NCBI GenBank assembly: GCA_963752285.1
Contig: CAVVXN010000001.1
Span: 608,001-672,000 of the forward strand
DNA from: an uncultured Planctomycetota bacterium
GTDB taxonomy: Bacteria; Planctomycetota; PLA2; JAEUHO01
Reading direction: 5' to 3'
Length of the DNA stretch: 64,000 nucleotides
Part shown: piece by piece, positions 18,650 through 28,847 of the stretch
Numbering within the stretch: position 1 is the first letter of the stretch
How the letters are laid out: the number at the start of each line of letters is the position of its first letter
Position numbers and translations under genes: made by a program
Notes under the pieces: generated by a model
Told to the model about the DNA's origin: nothing
Databases searched by the model: none
Seen by the model: only the letters and a program-made list of their open reading frames with translations

Positions 18650-21394
18650 CTACCCCGTGTTCTGCATGCCACGGGCGATGCCCCGCACGGTCGCGAAGAG
18701 CGCGCGCTCGAGGTCGGGGTCCTGCCGGTCCGCCGCGCGCCAGCGCGCGAGCAGGTCCACCTGGAGGAAGCTCATCGGGTCCACGTACGGGTTCCGGAGC
18801 GCGATGGCGCGGCGGAGCACGGGGTCGTGCTCCAGGAGGCGGTCGGCCTCGAGGACCTCGAGGAGGCGGGCGCACGCCCGCTCGTGCTCGGCCGCGATCC
18901 TCGGGAACAGGCGCTTCCCGGCGTCGCCCGCGAGGGACGCGTAGCGGCGGGCGATGTCGAGGTCGGTCTTCGCGAGGACCATCTCGAGGTCCGCGAGGAG
19001 CGTCGAGAAGAACGTCGAGCGCCGCGCGACGGCCCGCACGGCCCCGAGCCCGTGCGCGTGGATCGTCTCGTCGAGGGCCGCGCCCGCGCCCCACCAACCC
19101 GGGAGCAGGTGCCGGCTCTGGGTCCAGGCGAACACCCACGGGATCGCGCGCAGGTCCGCGACGCCGCGCATCTCCCGCCGGCGGGCCGGCCGGGACCCGA
19201 GCGCGAGGCGTTCGATCACGTCGATCGGCGTGGCGGCGCGAAAGTAGGGGAGCGCGTCGGCGTCGCGCTCGAAGAGCGCCCGGTACGCCTCGCGTCCGTC
19301 GCGCGCGAGGTCGTCGAGGATCTCCGCCCCCGGCTCCGCCGCGAGGGGCCGGCCGGCGTCGAGCACCGATCGCTCGATCGTCGCCGCGAGGAGGAGCTCG
19401 AGGGTGCGTTCCGCGACGCCCGGAAGGCCGTACTTCGCGCGGACGATCTCGCCCTGCTCGGTCACGCGCAGGTGGCCGCCGAGCGTCCCCGCCGGCGTCG
19501 CGAGGATCGCCGGGCGCGGCTTCGTCCCACCCCGCCCGATCGATCCGCCCCGACCGTGGAAGAAGCAGAGGCGCACCCCCGCGTCCGAGGCGACGCGCGC
19601 AAGCGCCTCCTGCGCGCGCTGCAGGGCGACCCGCGACGAGAACATGCCCGAGGTCTTGTTGCTGTCGGAGTAACCGATCATGACCCACTGGACGTCCCCG
19701 CGCCCGACGAGGTGCGCGCGCCAGACGGGCTCCTCGAGCAGCGACCGGAGCACCTCGGGCGCGCGGCCGAGGTCGTCCACCGTCTCGAAGAGCGGGGCGA
19801 CGTCGAGCGGCACGCGCCCGTGCGCGTCCACGAGCCCCGCGGTGCGCGCGAGCAGGAGCACGGCCAGGGCGTCGTCCGGCCCCTCGGCCATCGAGATCAC
19901 GAAGAGACCGACGGCCCGGGCGCCGTGACGCGTGCGCGCCTCGCCGAGCGCGCGGAAGACCTCGACCGCGCGGCGCGCCTCGTCGTCCGCCGGGAGCACG
20001 GTCGGAGGCGCATTTGCGAGCGCCTCCGCGACGCGCCGCGCGCGCTCCGCGCGGGAGAGCTCCGGGAAGCCGGCCTCGCCGAGGAGCGCCCCGACCGCGC
20101 GGCGGTGGACGAGCGCGTCCTGGCGCGCGTCGAGCGTGGCGAGGTGGAACCCGAAGCTCCGCACGAGCTCCCGCAGCCGCTCGACCCGCTCCGCCCCGGC
20201 GTGTCGGCCTCCGTGCGCAAAGAGACTCGCCGTGACGAGCGCGAGGTCGTCCGAGAGCTCGTCGGGCGCGTCGTACGCTCCGTGCCCACCTTCGCGCGTC
20301 GCCTCGAGTCGCGCCGAGACCAGCCACAGGAGTCGGCGATAGGGCATCTCGGCGTACCGGGACGGAATCTCCTTCGCCGCGTCGGGAAGGAGGCGGGCGT
20401 ACGATGCGGTCCGATCGACGAGCGCGCGGTCCACTCCGACGCGCGTGCTCGACTGCGAGAGATGACGGAAGAGGCCCCGGACCTCGGAGACGTAGCGGTC
20501 GAGGCAGAGCGAGCGCTGTCGCGCGAGCGCCGCGCGGATCGTGTCCGGGCCGACGGCGGGGTTCCCGTCCATGTCGCCGCCGACCCACGTCCCGAAGCGG
20601 ATCTCGGGACGGGCCGCGAGCGCCGCGTGCTCGGGGCCGAAGGCCCTCGCGAGCCCGAGCGCGAGCGCCTTGCGCACGGCGGGCACCGCGCGCCACGGGC
20701 CCTCGACCAGGAAGAAGAGCGCCTCCTCGACCTCGTCCGCGACGGACGGACGCCTGGCGCGGTGCTCCTCGGTCTGCCACGCCGCCGTGAGCTCCTCGCG
20801 GACGTGCGCGAGCGCGCGTCGTGTCTCCCGGGCGCGGTCCTCCTTCGTCGCGCCGCGCACCTCGCACCGGCCGAGCAGGGCGCGTGCCATGCGGAGCTCC
20901 TTCACGAGGAGCGTCCTCCGCACGGCCTCGCTCGGGTGCGCGGTCAGGACCGGTTCGACGACCACGGAGCCCAGCGCCGCGGCCACCTGGTCGGCCGTGA
21001 ACCCGCGATCGCGGAGCTGCGTCAGGACCGCCTCCGCGCCGCCGCGCGCCGGCCGGCCCTCGACACGCCGCGCCGCGAGGCGACGGAGCCGGTGCACGCG
21101 CTCGGCGAGGTTCACGCACTCGAACCACGCCGAGAAGGCGCGCGCGAGGTCGAGCGCCCGGGGCGGCGCGATGGCGTGGAGACGCGCGACGAGCGCCGAC
21201 TCCGCGCCGTCCTCGCCGCGGCGCCTCGCGATCGCGGCGCCTCGGACGGCCTCGACGCTCTCGTAGAGCCCTTCCGGCCCCTGCTCGCGCAGGACCGACC
21301 CGAGCAACGCGCCCAACCGCCGCACGTCGTCCCGCAGGGCCCGATCCGTTCGTCGCCTCCGTCTCGGTCGGTTCGCGTCATGCGTCGCCGTCAT
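18650..21394 (-). CDS. ppc: Phosphoenolpyruvate carboxylase
   Basis: VLTAHPSE, WVGGDMDGNP, VMIGYSDSNK, FHGRGGSIGRGG, RAIPWVFAWTQ, GMQNTG terminus. Confidence 0.96.
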   Translation of the reverse strand: MTATHDANRPRRRRRTDRALRDDVRRLGALLGSVLREQGPEGLYESVEAVRGAAIARRRGEDGAESALVARLHAIAPPRALDLARAFSAWFECVNLAERVHRLRRLAARRVEGRPARGGAEAVLTQLRDRGFTADQVAAALGSVVVEPVLTAHPSEAVRRTLLVKELRMARALLGRCEVRGATKEDRARETRRALAHVREELTAAWQTEEHRARRPSVADEVEEALFFLVEGPWRAVPAVRKALALGLARAFGPEHAALAARPEIRFGTWVGGDMDGNPAVGPDTIRAALARQRSLCLDRYVSEVRGLFRHLSQSSTRVGVDRALVDRTASYARLLPDAAKEIPSRYAEMPYRRLLWLVSARLEATREGGHGAYDAPDELSDDLALVTASLFAHGGRHAGAERVERLRELVRSFGFHLATLDARQDALVHRRAVGALLGEAGFPELSRAERARRVAEALANAPPTVLPADDEARRAVEVFRALGEARTRHGARAVGLFVISMAEGPDDALAVLLLARTAGLVDAHGRVPLDVAPLFETVDDLGRAPEVLRSLLEEPVWRAHLVGRGDVQWVMIGYSDSNKTSGMFSSRVALQRAQEALARVASDAGVRLCFFHGRGGSIGRGGTKPRPAILATPAGTLGGHLRVTEQGEIVRAKYGLPGVAERTLELLLAATIERSVLDAGRPLAAEPGAEILDDLARDGREAYRALFERDADALPYFRAATPIDVIERLALGSRPARRREMRGVADLRAIPWVFAWTQSRHLLPGWWGAGAALDETIHAHGLGAVRAVARRSTFFSTLLADLEMVLAKTDLDIARRYASLAGDAGKRLFPRIAAEHERACARLLEVLEADRLLEHDPVLRRAIALRNPYVDPMSFLQVDLLARWRAADRQDPDLERALFATVRGIARGMQNTG

Positions 21395-21585
21395 GCGCGC
21401 CCACGGTACCGCCGTGCCCGCGACTCGGAGGCCCCGACGCGGGGACCCGACGTCGTCCGACCGCGCGCGGCCGGGGACCGCGGGATCCGTGACGCGCCGG
21501 GTGGCGCCCGCGGCCGATGCGACCGACAATCTCCGGGTCCCGCCCGGGCCGGTCCTCTCCGGCGGGATCTTCGAGGGGGAGTCTC

Positions 21586-24420
21586 ATGAATCGAAACGCG
21601 TCGCTCGTCCTGCTCGTCGTCGCGGTCGCGGGGGCCCTCGTGTGGCTCGCGGTTCGAAGCGGCGTCATCGATTCGCACGGGAGCGGGGTCGGGCGCGACG
21701 AGGCCACGCGCGACGCGACCGCGTTGCCGGGCGAGGGCACGTCGGGGGGTGCGACGCCGCGCGCGACCACGAAGGACCGCGGCCCGGTCCTCTTCGGACG
21801 GCCGCGCGAGCTCCGCGTCGGCACGGGCGCGGTCGTGGGCCGGATCGGGAACGCGAAGACCGGCGAGCCCGTGAAGGACGCGAAGGTGCTCCTCGCCGGC
21901 TCCGGCTTCGGCGACGAACCGATCGCGCTCCGCGCCACGTCGGTCGCGGACGGCGGGTTCCAGATCCCCGGGGTGCCGGCCGGCGACGAGATGGTTCTGA
22001 AGGTCGAGGCCGAGGGCCTCCCGACGCGAACGCTGCCCGGGGTCGCGGTGAACGACGGGTCCTCGACGGGGCTCGGCACGATCTGGCTGGGCGCGAAGGC
22101 GACGCTCGAGGGGCGCGTCGTGGACGAGCAGGGCCGGCCGGTCGCGCACGCGAAGGTGCGCGTACACGTCGGTCAGTTCTCGATGGGCGAGATGATGTCG
22201 AGCTTCTTCGACATGCTGGGTCAGCTCGATCGCGAGCCCGAGCCCGTCGCACGCGCGGAGAGCCACGCCGACGGACGCTTCGAGGTCCCGGGGCTCGACC
22301 CCGGCGCGGTGACGCTCGTCACGTTGGCGCCGGGGTTCGCGATCCGGAGCATGCCCGTCACCGTGTTGGAGGGCGGGACGAAGGCCGAGCCCGTCACGGT
22401 CCGACTCGCCACCGGCGGCGTCGTCGCCGGCCACGTCGTGGACGCAGAGGGCCGCGGCCTCGGCGGCGTGCGCGTGGCCGTTCTCCACGGGAACGACCCG
22501 TCCGCCTTCCTCTTCGGACGCACGTTCCAGGAGACGGGCGCGGACGGCGCGTTCCAGGTGACCACCGCGACCCTGGACGGCGACCTCATGGTCCTCGCGG
22601 CCGGGTCCGGCTTCCCCACGGCGTTCGCGAGGGCCCACGCCGGGCAGCAGGACGTGCAGATCGTGATGCAGCACGGGGCGACGGTCCTCGTGCGGGTCGT
22701 GCGCGGCGAGCGCGAGATCCCCGTCGAGAACGCCCAGGTCATGCTCGCCACCGGGGACGACGAGAACGGCCCGGGGGAGGTCCCGAAGGGGATCGTCCTC
22801 GGCGTCACCGACCCGGGCGGACGGGTCACGTTCGACGTGGCCCCCGGCGCGATCGAGATGGTGATGATCTCCCACGCCGACGGTGGGGGCATGTGGATGC
22901 CCGGGCTCTCGGGCATGGGGAACGCCGCGGGCATCGAGGGCCCGAAGGACACGAAGATCGTCGCGGGCACGCAGGAGAAGACGTTTCGCCTCGGGAAGGC
23001 GGTCGTCGTCACCGGTCGCGTCACCGGCCCCGAGGGCGAGCCGGTGCCCGGCGCCCGCGTGATGTCGATCCAGTCGTTCCAGATGGCGAAGGCGGCGGTC
23101 ACCGACGCCGACGGGAGGTACCGGCTGGTCGTGCCGGACCTCGGCGTCGTGTCGCTCGTGGTGAAGGCCCAGGGCTACGTACAGGACGCGAAGGGGATCA
23201 GCGGTCTCGGCTCCAGCGGCGATCCCGCCCCAAAACCCGGGCCGGACGGGGAGATCGTCCGCGACATCCGCCTCGAGAGAGGCGCCGTCGTCACCGGGCG
23301 CGTGGTGGACCCGCACGGCGCCCCCATCGCCGGCGCCCAGGTGCGTTTCGAGGCGACGTCCGCCCGGTTCGACATCCTGAACGTGCTGGGAGGAGACGAC
23401 GGCCTCACGGGCGCCGACGGCCGCTACGTCCTCGAGGGCGCGCCCCCGAGCGACGAGGCCCGCGTGGTCGCGCGCCGCGACGGGTGGCTCGACTCGCAGA
23501 GCGACGCCTTCGCGGTGGCGTCGGGTCGTTCGGCGCACGCGCCCGACGTCGTGATGAGGGGCGGAGCGCGACTCCTCGTCACGGTCGAGGACGCCGACGG
23601 ACGAAGCGTCGAGGGCGCCCAGGTGCGCGTCGAGGTCGCCATGGACGAGCGGGTCGTGTACGACGCGATGAACGCGTGGCAGCCCTTCGCATCGGAGGCC
23701 ACGGACCGCGCGGGACAGGCCCGGTTCGAGACCATCGCGCCGGGCCACGCGACGATCACCGCCACGCACCCCGACGCCGCGGGCGTGTCCCAGCGGATCG
23801 AGGTCCCGAAGGACGTCCGGGACCTCCCGCCGGTGACGCTCGCGCTCCGGCGCGCGGTCGCCGTCGAGGGACGCGTCACGAACCCGTCGGGCCAGGGCGT
23901 CGCGGGCGCCAGCCTGTTGGCCGAGGTCGTGGTCGCTTCGAACGACGGGGCGAAGAACTCGGCGGCCGCGCGCGCGCCCGTCCCGGTGCCCGCCTCCGCG
24001 ACGACGGACGCCGAAGGGCGCTTCCGTCTCTACCCCCTCGCGGAGGAGGACGTCTCGATCCGGGTCAGCGCGTCCGGGTTCCGGGCGACGCGCGAGGCCG
24101 TCCACGCGCCCGCGTCCCGGGTCGAGATCCGCCTCGAAGCCGTGGACCCGCGCTCGACCGAGCGGCTGAAGGAGCTCCAACAGCGCATGGGGGAGATCTG
24201 GCAGGAGTACCAGTCGGCGGACGCGGAGGAGAAGCGGCAGGCGCTCATGAAGGAGATCCAGGCGCTCTCCACGGAGATGCAGAAGCTCCAGCAGGAGAGC
24301 GGCGCCGCCGACGCCGCCGTGGCGCCGGACGAGGTGCTGGACACGCCCCCCGACGCCGAGGTCCCCGAGAACCCCGACGCTTCCGGCGGATCCGGAGGGC
24401 CGCCCCCGCCCGGTCGCTGA
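21586..24420 (+). CDS. Membrane-anchored carboxypeptidase-regulatory-like repeat protein
   Basis: N-terminal TM; repeated GRVVD-G-PV-GA-V...T-ADG-F units; C-terminal coiled coil. Confidence 0.85.
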   Translation: MNRNASLVLLVVAVAGALVWLAVRSGVIDSHGSGVGRDEATRDATALPGEGTSGGATPRATTKDRGPVLFGRPRELRVGTGAVVGRIGNAKTGEPVKDAKVLLAGSGFGDEPIALRATSVADGGFQIPGVPAGDEMVLKVEAEGLPTRTLPGVAVNDGSSTGLGTIWLGAKATLEGRVVDEQGRPVAHAKVRVHVGQFSMGEMMSSFFDMLGQLDREPEPVARAESHADGRFEVPGLDPGAVTLVTLAPGFAIRSMPVTVLEGGTKAEPVTVRLATGGVVAGHVVDAEGRGLGGVRVAVLHGNDPSAFLFGRTFQETGADGAFQVTTATLDGDLMVLAAGSGFPTAFARAHAGQQDVQIVMQHGATVLVRVVRGEREIPVENAQVMLATGDDENGPGEVPKGIVLGVTDPGGRVTFDVAPGAIEMVMISHADGGGMWMPGLSGMGNAAGIEGPKDTKIVAGTQEKTFRLGKAVVVTGRVTGPEGEPVPGARVMSIQSFQMAKAAVTDADGRYRLVVPDLGVVSLVVKAQGYVQDAKGISGLGSSGDPAPKPGPDGEIVRDIRLERGAVVTGRVVDPHGAPIAGAQVRFEATSARFDILNVLGGDDGLTGADGRYVLEGAPPSDEARVVARRDGWLDSQSDAFAVASGRSAHAPDVVMRGGARLLVTVEDADGRSVEGAQVRVEVAMDERVVYDAMNAWQPFASEATDRAGQARFETIAPGHATITATHPDAAGVSQRIEVPKDVRDLPPVTLALRRAVAVEGRVTNPSGQGVAGASLLAEVVVASNDGAKNSAAARAPVPVPASATTDAEGRFRLYPLAEEDVSIRVSASGFRATREAVHAPASRVEIRLEAVDPRSTERLKELQQRMGEIWQEYQSADAEEKRQALMKEIQALSTEMQKLQQESGAADAAVAPDEVLDTPPDAEVPENPDASGGSGGPPPPGR

Positions 24421-24514
24421 CCCGCCTCGCGTTGCCGGCGACCCACCCGCCCGTGGACCGCGCGCTCGGAAATCGGATCGGCGACGCGAGGTCCGCGGGC
24501 GGTCGCCGGCCCGG

Positions 24515-26239
24515 TCATCTCCCGGGCAGGCAGAGGCACGTCGTGGTGAGGGGGATGTCGGCGTCCGCCCAGGCGGCCTTCACGCGCGCGTCGGTCGCCT
24601 TCGCCTCCTCGTGCTCGCCCTCGAGGTGGAGGGAGCGCGCGAGGCCCCAGAGGGCCCAGCCGTTCTCGGGCCACCGAGCGAGGTCCTCGCGGTAGACCGC
24701 CTCGGCCTCCGCCGGCCGCCCCGCCGCGAGCAGCACGGCGCCAAGCGTGTGCCGGACGGGCTGGATCCAGTCGGGCGGCTCGTCGTAGCGGAGCTGGTCC
24801 TCCAGCGCGACGGCCGCACGGAGGGCTGCGACGGAGGCGTCGTAGTCCTTCGCCTCCACCGCGATCTCGCCGTCGAGGACCTGGCGCGCGAGGTCGAGGA
24901 TCGCCGCCGCGGTGTTGTTGCCGAACGTCCACTCGGGCGGGACGCGTGCCGCGGCTTCCCGGAACGCGTCTCGCGCCTTCACCGCCTCCTCGGGCCGATG
25001 GAGCGCCGCGAGGGCCACGGCGCGCGTGAAGCGCCAGATCGCGCGCGAGAGAGGGAGCCGCTCCTCGGGCTCCGGCTCCTTCAGGATCTCCTCCCAGCGC
25101 CCGAAGCGCATCAGGACCTCCGAGGGGAAGATCAGGTAGCCGTCTACGAGGGGGGCCAGGTCGTCGAGGAGCTCCTTTGGGAACTCGGCGACCATCTTCC
25201 GTGCGGCGTCGATCGCCTCCTCGCTCCGGCCGCGCATCATCGCGGTGAACGCGAGGAAGTGCTGGTTGTGCGCCATGTAGATCGCGTAGAAGCCCGGGCG
25301 CGGGTAGCGGACGCGGTAGCGCTGGTCGGCCTCGATCGCCTGCACGTTGACCAGGGCGGCGTCCGCCCAGCGTCCCACGCGCGAGTAGATGTGCGCGGGC
25401 ATGTGGACCATGTGGCTCGCATCCGGGACGAGACCACGCATCCGGTCGGCGGCGAAGACGCCCTCCTCGGGGTGCGGCGAGGCCTCGATCGCGTGGATGA
25501 AGTAGTGGAGCGCGCCCGGGTGTCTCGGGTCGAGCTCGATCGCGCGGCGGAGGGTGTGGACGATCTCCTCGGTGCCCGGCTGGGGCTTCCCGTCGGTCGT
25601 CCAGAGGTCCCACGGGCGCAGGTCCATCAGCGCCTCGGCGAAGAGCGTCGCGACGTCGGCGTCTTCGGGGTAGGCCTTCCACACCTCGCGCATCGCGTTC
25701 GCGTACGCCTCGTCGAGCGGACGCCGGTCGTCGGGTTGCGGATCGGCGTACCGCTTCGCGAGCGCGCCGATCAGGGCCCGTTCGACCGGGCTCGCCCCCT
25801 CGAGGAGCGCCTGGGCCTTCGCGAGCGCGTCCCAGGCGACCGCCGCGTGGTCGGGCGGGACGACCGGGAAGTTGATGTGCGGCCCGTTCACGAGCGCGAC
25901 GCCCCACCACGCCATGGCGAGCTTCGGGTCGGCCGCGGCGGCCTCTTGGTACTCGTCCTCGGCCGCGTGGTGGCTGAACGAGAATGTGAGCGTGAGCCCC
26001 CGGTCGAACGCGGCCTGCGCCTCGGGGGAGGCCGTGCCGACGTGCCGCGTGTGCGACCCGAGGTCGAGCGCAGGGGCGGCGTCCTCCGGGGCGGCCCGCG
26101 CGCGGGCCGCCAGGGGACCGGGGCCCGAGGCGAGGGCCACGAGCAGCGCCGCCCACCCCCCTCGGACCCACCATGCCTGCGCCCGCCCGCCGCGGGCGCG
26201 ACCAGGACCGAACCGCACCGAACGACCCGGCTTGCGCAT
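24515..26239 (-). CDS. Secreted TPR protein with conserved His motifs
   Basis: AQAAFDRGL, AMAWWG, HPGALHYFIH, HMVHMPAHIY, YREDL...PENGWAL. Confidence 0.8.
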   Translation of the reverse strand: MRKPGRSVRFGPGRARGGRAQAWWVRGGWAALLVALASGPGPLAARARAAPEDAAPALDLGSHTRHVGTASPEAQAAFDRGLTLTFSFSHHAAEDEYQEAAAADPKLAMAWWGVALVNGPHINFPVVPPDHAAVAWDALAKAQALLEGASPVERALIGALAKRYADPQPDDRRPLDEAYANAMREVWKAYPEDADVATLFAEALMDLRPWDLWTTDGKPQPGTEEIVHTLRRAIELDPRHPGALHYFIHAIEASPHPEEGVFAADRMRGLVPDASHMVHMPAHIYSRVGRWADAALVNVQAIEADQRYRVRYPRPGFYAIYMAHNQHFLAFTAMMRGRSEEAIDAARKMVAEFPKELLDDLAPLVDGYLIFPSEVLMRFGRWEEILKEPEPEERLPLSRAIWRFTRAVALAALHRPEEAVKARDAFREAAARVPPEWTFGNNTAAAILDLARQVLDGEIAVEAKDYDASVAALRAAVALEDQLRYDEPPDWIQPVRHTLGAVLLAAGRPAEAEAVYREDLARWPENGWALWGLARSLHLEGEHEEAKATDARVKAAWADADIPLTTTCLCLPGR

Positions 26240-26410
26240 GCTCGCTCCCCCCGGACGTCGCGCCAGACGATAGGGGGGGGCGAAGGGCGGGTCGGGGCGC
26301 CGCGGTCCCGGGATCCGCCGTCCGGGCGCCCCCGACCCCCCCCGCGGAGCACTCGCGCTTCCGGTTGGGCGCCGGGATCGGCGGACGTAAACTCCTGCCT
26401 GGAGCACACG

Positions 26411-26865
26411 ATGCGTTGGGTCCTGGTTGCAGCATTCGCGCTCGCGGCCCTCATGGGCCTCGGCCTCCTCGCTCGGGCGATGTCCCCCTGCGCGCAAACC
26501 TCCGCGACCGCCCCGAGCAACTGACTCCCGACCCGGATTTTCGCCTTGCGCCGCGCGGTCCCGTGCCCCCCGAGGCGGCCTGGAACCCGCGCGCCAGCCC
26601 CCCGGAGGGCGGCGTCGTTCCCCTCCGCGAGGCGCGCGGCGTCGCCGTCGCCTCCGAGCACGTCGTCCTCCCGCGCGCCCACCGAAGCGCGCCGCCGGGG
26701 GCCGTCGTCGCCGGCGGCGGCCCGGGTGTAGAGAGAGGAGAAGGGCGCGTCGGATCCGCCCCGCGCCCGCCGGGACCGACCGCATGGCTCCGCCTCCGCG
26801 TCCGACCTGGGAAGAGCTGGTCACGGCCTGGCAGGGCCGGATCTACGCGCTCGCCCGGCGGGTGA
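26411..26865 (+). pseudogene. Possible small exported protein split by a 1-bp frameshift in a C-run
   Basis: GGAG SD + MRWVLVAAFALAALMGLGLL; protein-like sequence continues in another frame (LRANLRDRPEQL...) after TCCCCC near 26485. Confidence 0.3.
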
Positions 26866-28643
26866 CGGGCAACGCGACCGACGCCGAGGACGCGACGCAG
26901 GACGCGTTCGTCCGCATCTTCCAGCAGTACGACCGCTACGACCCGCGCCGGCCGCTCGCGCCCTGGGTGTACCGCGTCGCGCTGAACGCGATCCGAAATC
27001 GGCAGCGCGCGGTCCACGTGCGGCGTCGCGGTCGCGTGGACCTCGCGCCGGACCTCGAGCCCGCGCGGCAGGAGGAGGGGGTCGTGGAGCGAGCCGAGGC
27101 CCAGCAGGTCGTCGAGCGGCATCTCGGCGCGGTGGACGCCGAGGCGCGCGCGGTCGTCCTGCTCACGCTCGACGCCGGGCTCACGAAGACGGAGGTCGCC
27201 GAGGTCCTCGGCGTGCCGCGCACGACCGTCCAGTCGCGGTTCGAGCGCGCGCTCGACGACGTGCGGAAGGCGCTCCTGCGCTCCGGCCACCTCGCGCTCG
27301 CGCCCGCGGCCGGCGAGCTGCTCACGGGGCTGCCGTCGCTCGAGGTCCCCGCGCACCTGACGAGGTCGCTCCTCGCCGTCCCCTCGCTCGCCGCCGTCGC
27401 GCCCGCGACCGCACTCGCCCTCGGAGGTCTCCTGATGTCGAAGAAGCTCGTCCTCGCCGCGGTCCTCCTCGCGGTGCTCGCCGTGGGCGGCGGGTACGTC
27501 GCGGGTCGCGCCACCGCGCCCGACGTCCGCGGCGCCGCCGCCAACACCGCCGCGTCTCGCGACGCCGAGGTCGCGCGACTCCTAGCGACGAACGACAGGC
27601 TCCAGCGGCAGATCGACGAGCTCCGCCGGCTCGGGAGCGCCTCTCCGGGGTCCGGGGGCACGACGGGCGGGGCGGGTGGCCCTCGGCTTCGCGGATCCGA
27701 TCCCCGCGCCAACGTCCCGGAGGCCTCGCCCACGTCCGTCCCGGAGGTCGCCGCCGCCGGCACGCCCGACGCGACGCACGACGCGAAGCCCGCGATCTCC
27801 TGGGCCCCGCTCGAGCGCCTGATGGAGGAGAACCGCGAGCTCCTGCTCGGCGCCCCCGAGCGCGACGGCGACGCGTTCACGCCCGAGGAACAGAGGCGCC
27901 TCTACGCGATCCTGGCCGAGCTGTCCCGCGTCTCCGCCGAGGCCCACGGCCTCTCGCCGTACCCCTTCTTCGACGCGCGCGTGCTTCCCGGGTACGTCCG
28001 CGCGATCTTCGGGCCGGCGCTCGAGCTCGGGGAAGCCGACCGCGAGGCCGTGGCGGACGCGACCCGCCAGGCCGTCGAGCGCGAGGCGGCCGGCTTCGAT
28101 CCCGCGTCCGCGCTCCCCCTCGAGCGGTACGAGCGCCGTCGTCGGGTCGCCGCCGCCGTGCTGGAGGCGGCGCGGGCCGCGATCCCGGCCGACAAGCAGG
28201 CGCAGCTCGCCGAGCTCCAGAGGCGGGACTCGGCGGAGGACCAGCTGCTGGACGGATCGCGGCGCACGGTGGTCCTGGGCATCGGCACGACGCCCGACTA
28301 CGACCGCGTGGCGGGGAGCATCGTCGGCGAGTGGGCCGAGGCGTACGGCCTCGACGAGCGGCAGAGAACGGACGCGCAGGCCGCGGCGGTCGGGTTCGCG
28401 CGCGCGGCCGACACGCTCCTCTCGCGGGCCGGCATCGTGGACGCGGACCAGACCTGGCAGCCGAAGGAGCGTCCGGAGCTCGCCGACGCCCTCCTGCACG
28501 CGCAGATGGACGCGGAGCGGGAGTTCTTGACGCGGCTCCCCGCCGCGCAGCTCGACAAGGCGAAGGCGGGCCCGCCGACGATCTTGCGATTCGACCGGAC
28601 GCAGGGTTCGAGCGTCTCGATCGCGAACGGCGGAGGCATCTGA
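26784..28643 (+). CDS. ECF sigma-70 factor with TM and extracytoplasmic C-terminal extension
   Basis: DAEDATQDAF, PWVYRVALN, EVAEVLGVPRTTVQSR; then TM and long C-terminal domain. Confidence 0.88.
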   Translation: MAPPPRPTWEELVTAWQGRIYALARRVTGNATDAEDATQDAFVRIFQQYDRYDPRRPLAPWVYRVALNAIRNRQRAVHVRRRGRVDLAPDLEPARQEEGVVERAEAQQVVERHLGAVDAEARAVVLLTLDAGLTKTEVAEVLGVPRTTVQSRFERALDDVRKALLRSGHLALAPAAGELLTGLPSLEVPAHLTRSLLAVPSLAAVAPATALALGGLLMSKKLVLAAVLLAVLAVGGGYVAGRATAPDVRGAAANTAASRDAEVARLLATNDRLQRQIDELRRLGSASPGSGGTTGGAGGPRLRGSDPRANVPEASPTSVPEVAAAGTPDATHDAKPAISWAPLERLMEENRELLLGAPERDGDAFTPEEQRRLYAILAELSRVSAEAHGLSPYPFFDARVLPGYVRAIFGPALELGEADREAVADATRQAVEREAAGFDPASALPLERYERRRRVAAAVLEAARAAIPADKQAQLAELQRRDSAEDQLLDGSRRTVVLGIGTTPDYDRVAGSIVGEWAEAYGLDERQRTDAQAAAVGFARAADTLLSRAGIVDADQTWQPKERPELADALLHAQMDAEREFLTRLPAAQLDKAKAGPPTILRFDRTQGSSVSIANGGGI

Positions 28644-28847
28644 CCGGCGCTCTCGAATCGTGTTCGCCGACGTCGCGGGCCCTCCGCCTCGCCCGCGACG
28701 CGGGCGCGTGGAGGGTCGGCACGGGACGCGGGCCTCGGCACGGCGCCCGCCGCCGCGCTCACGACCGTCCGCCGTCGTAACGGCGAATCGTGGGGGGCCT
28801 TGGCGGCGCGAGCGAGCGTCGCCCCGGGCGGCGACGCCGCCTGACCC

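Noticed and set aside
26522..26731. Selenocysteine read-through of TGA after the 37-aa ORF
   Set aside because: In-frame downstream sequence is not protein-like and there is no redox-motif context; no convincing selenoprotein seen in the window despite tRNA-Sec
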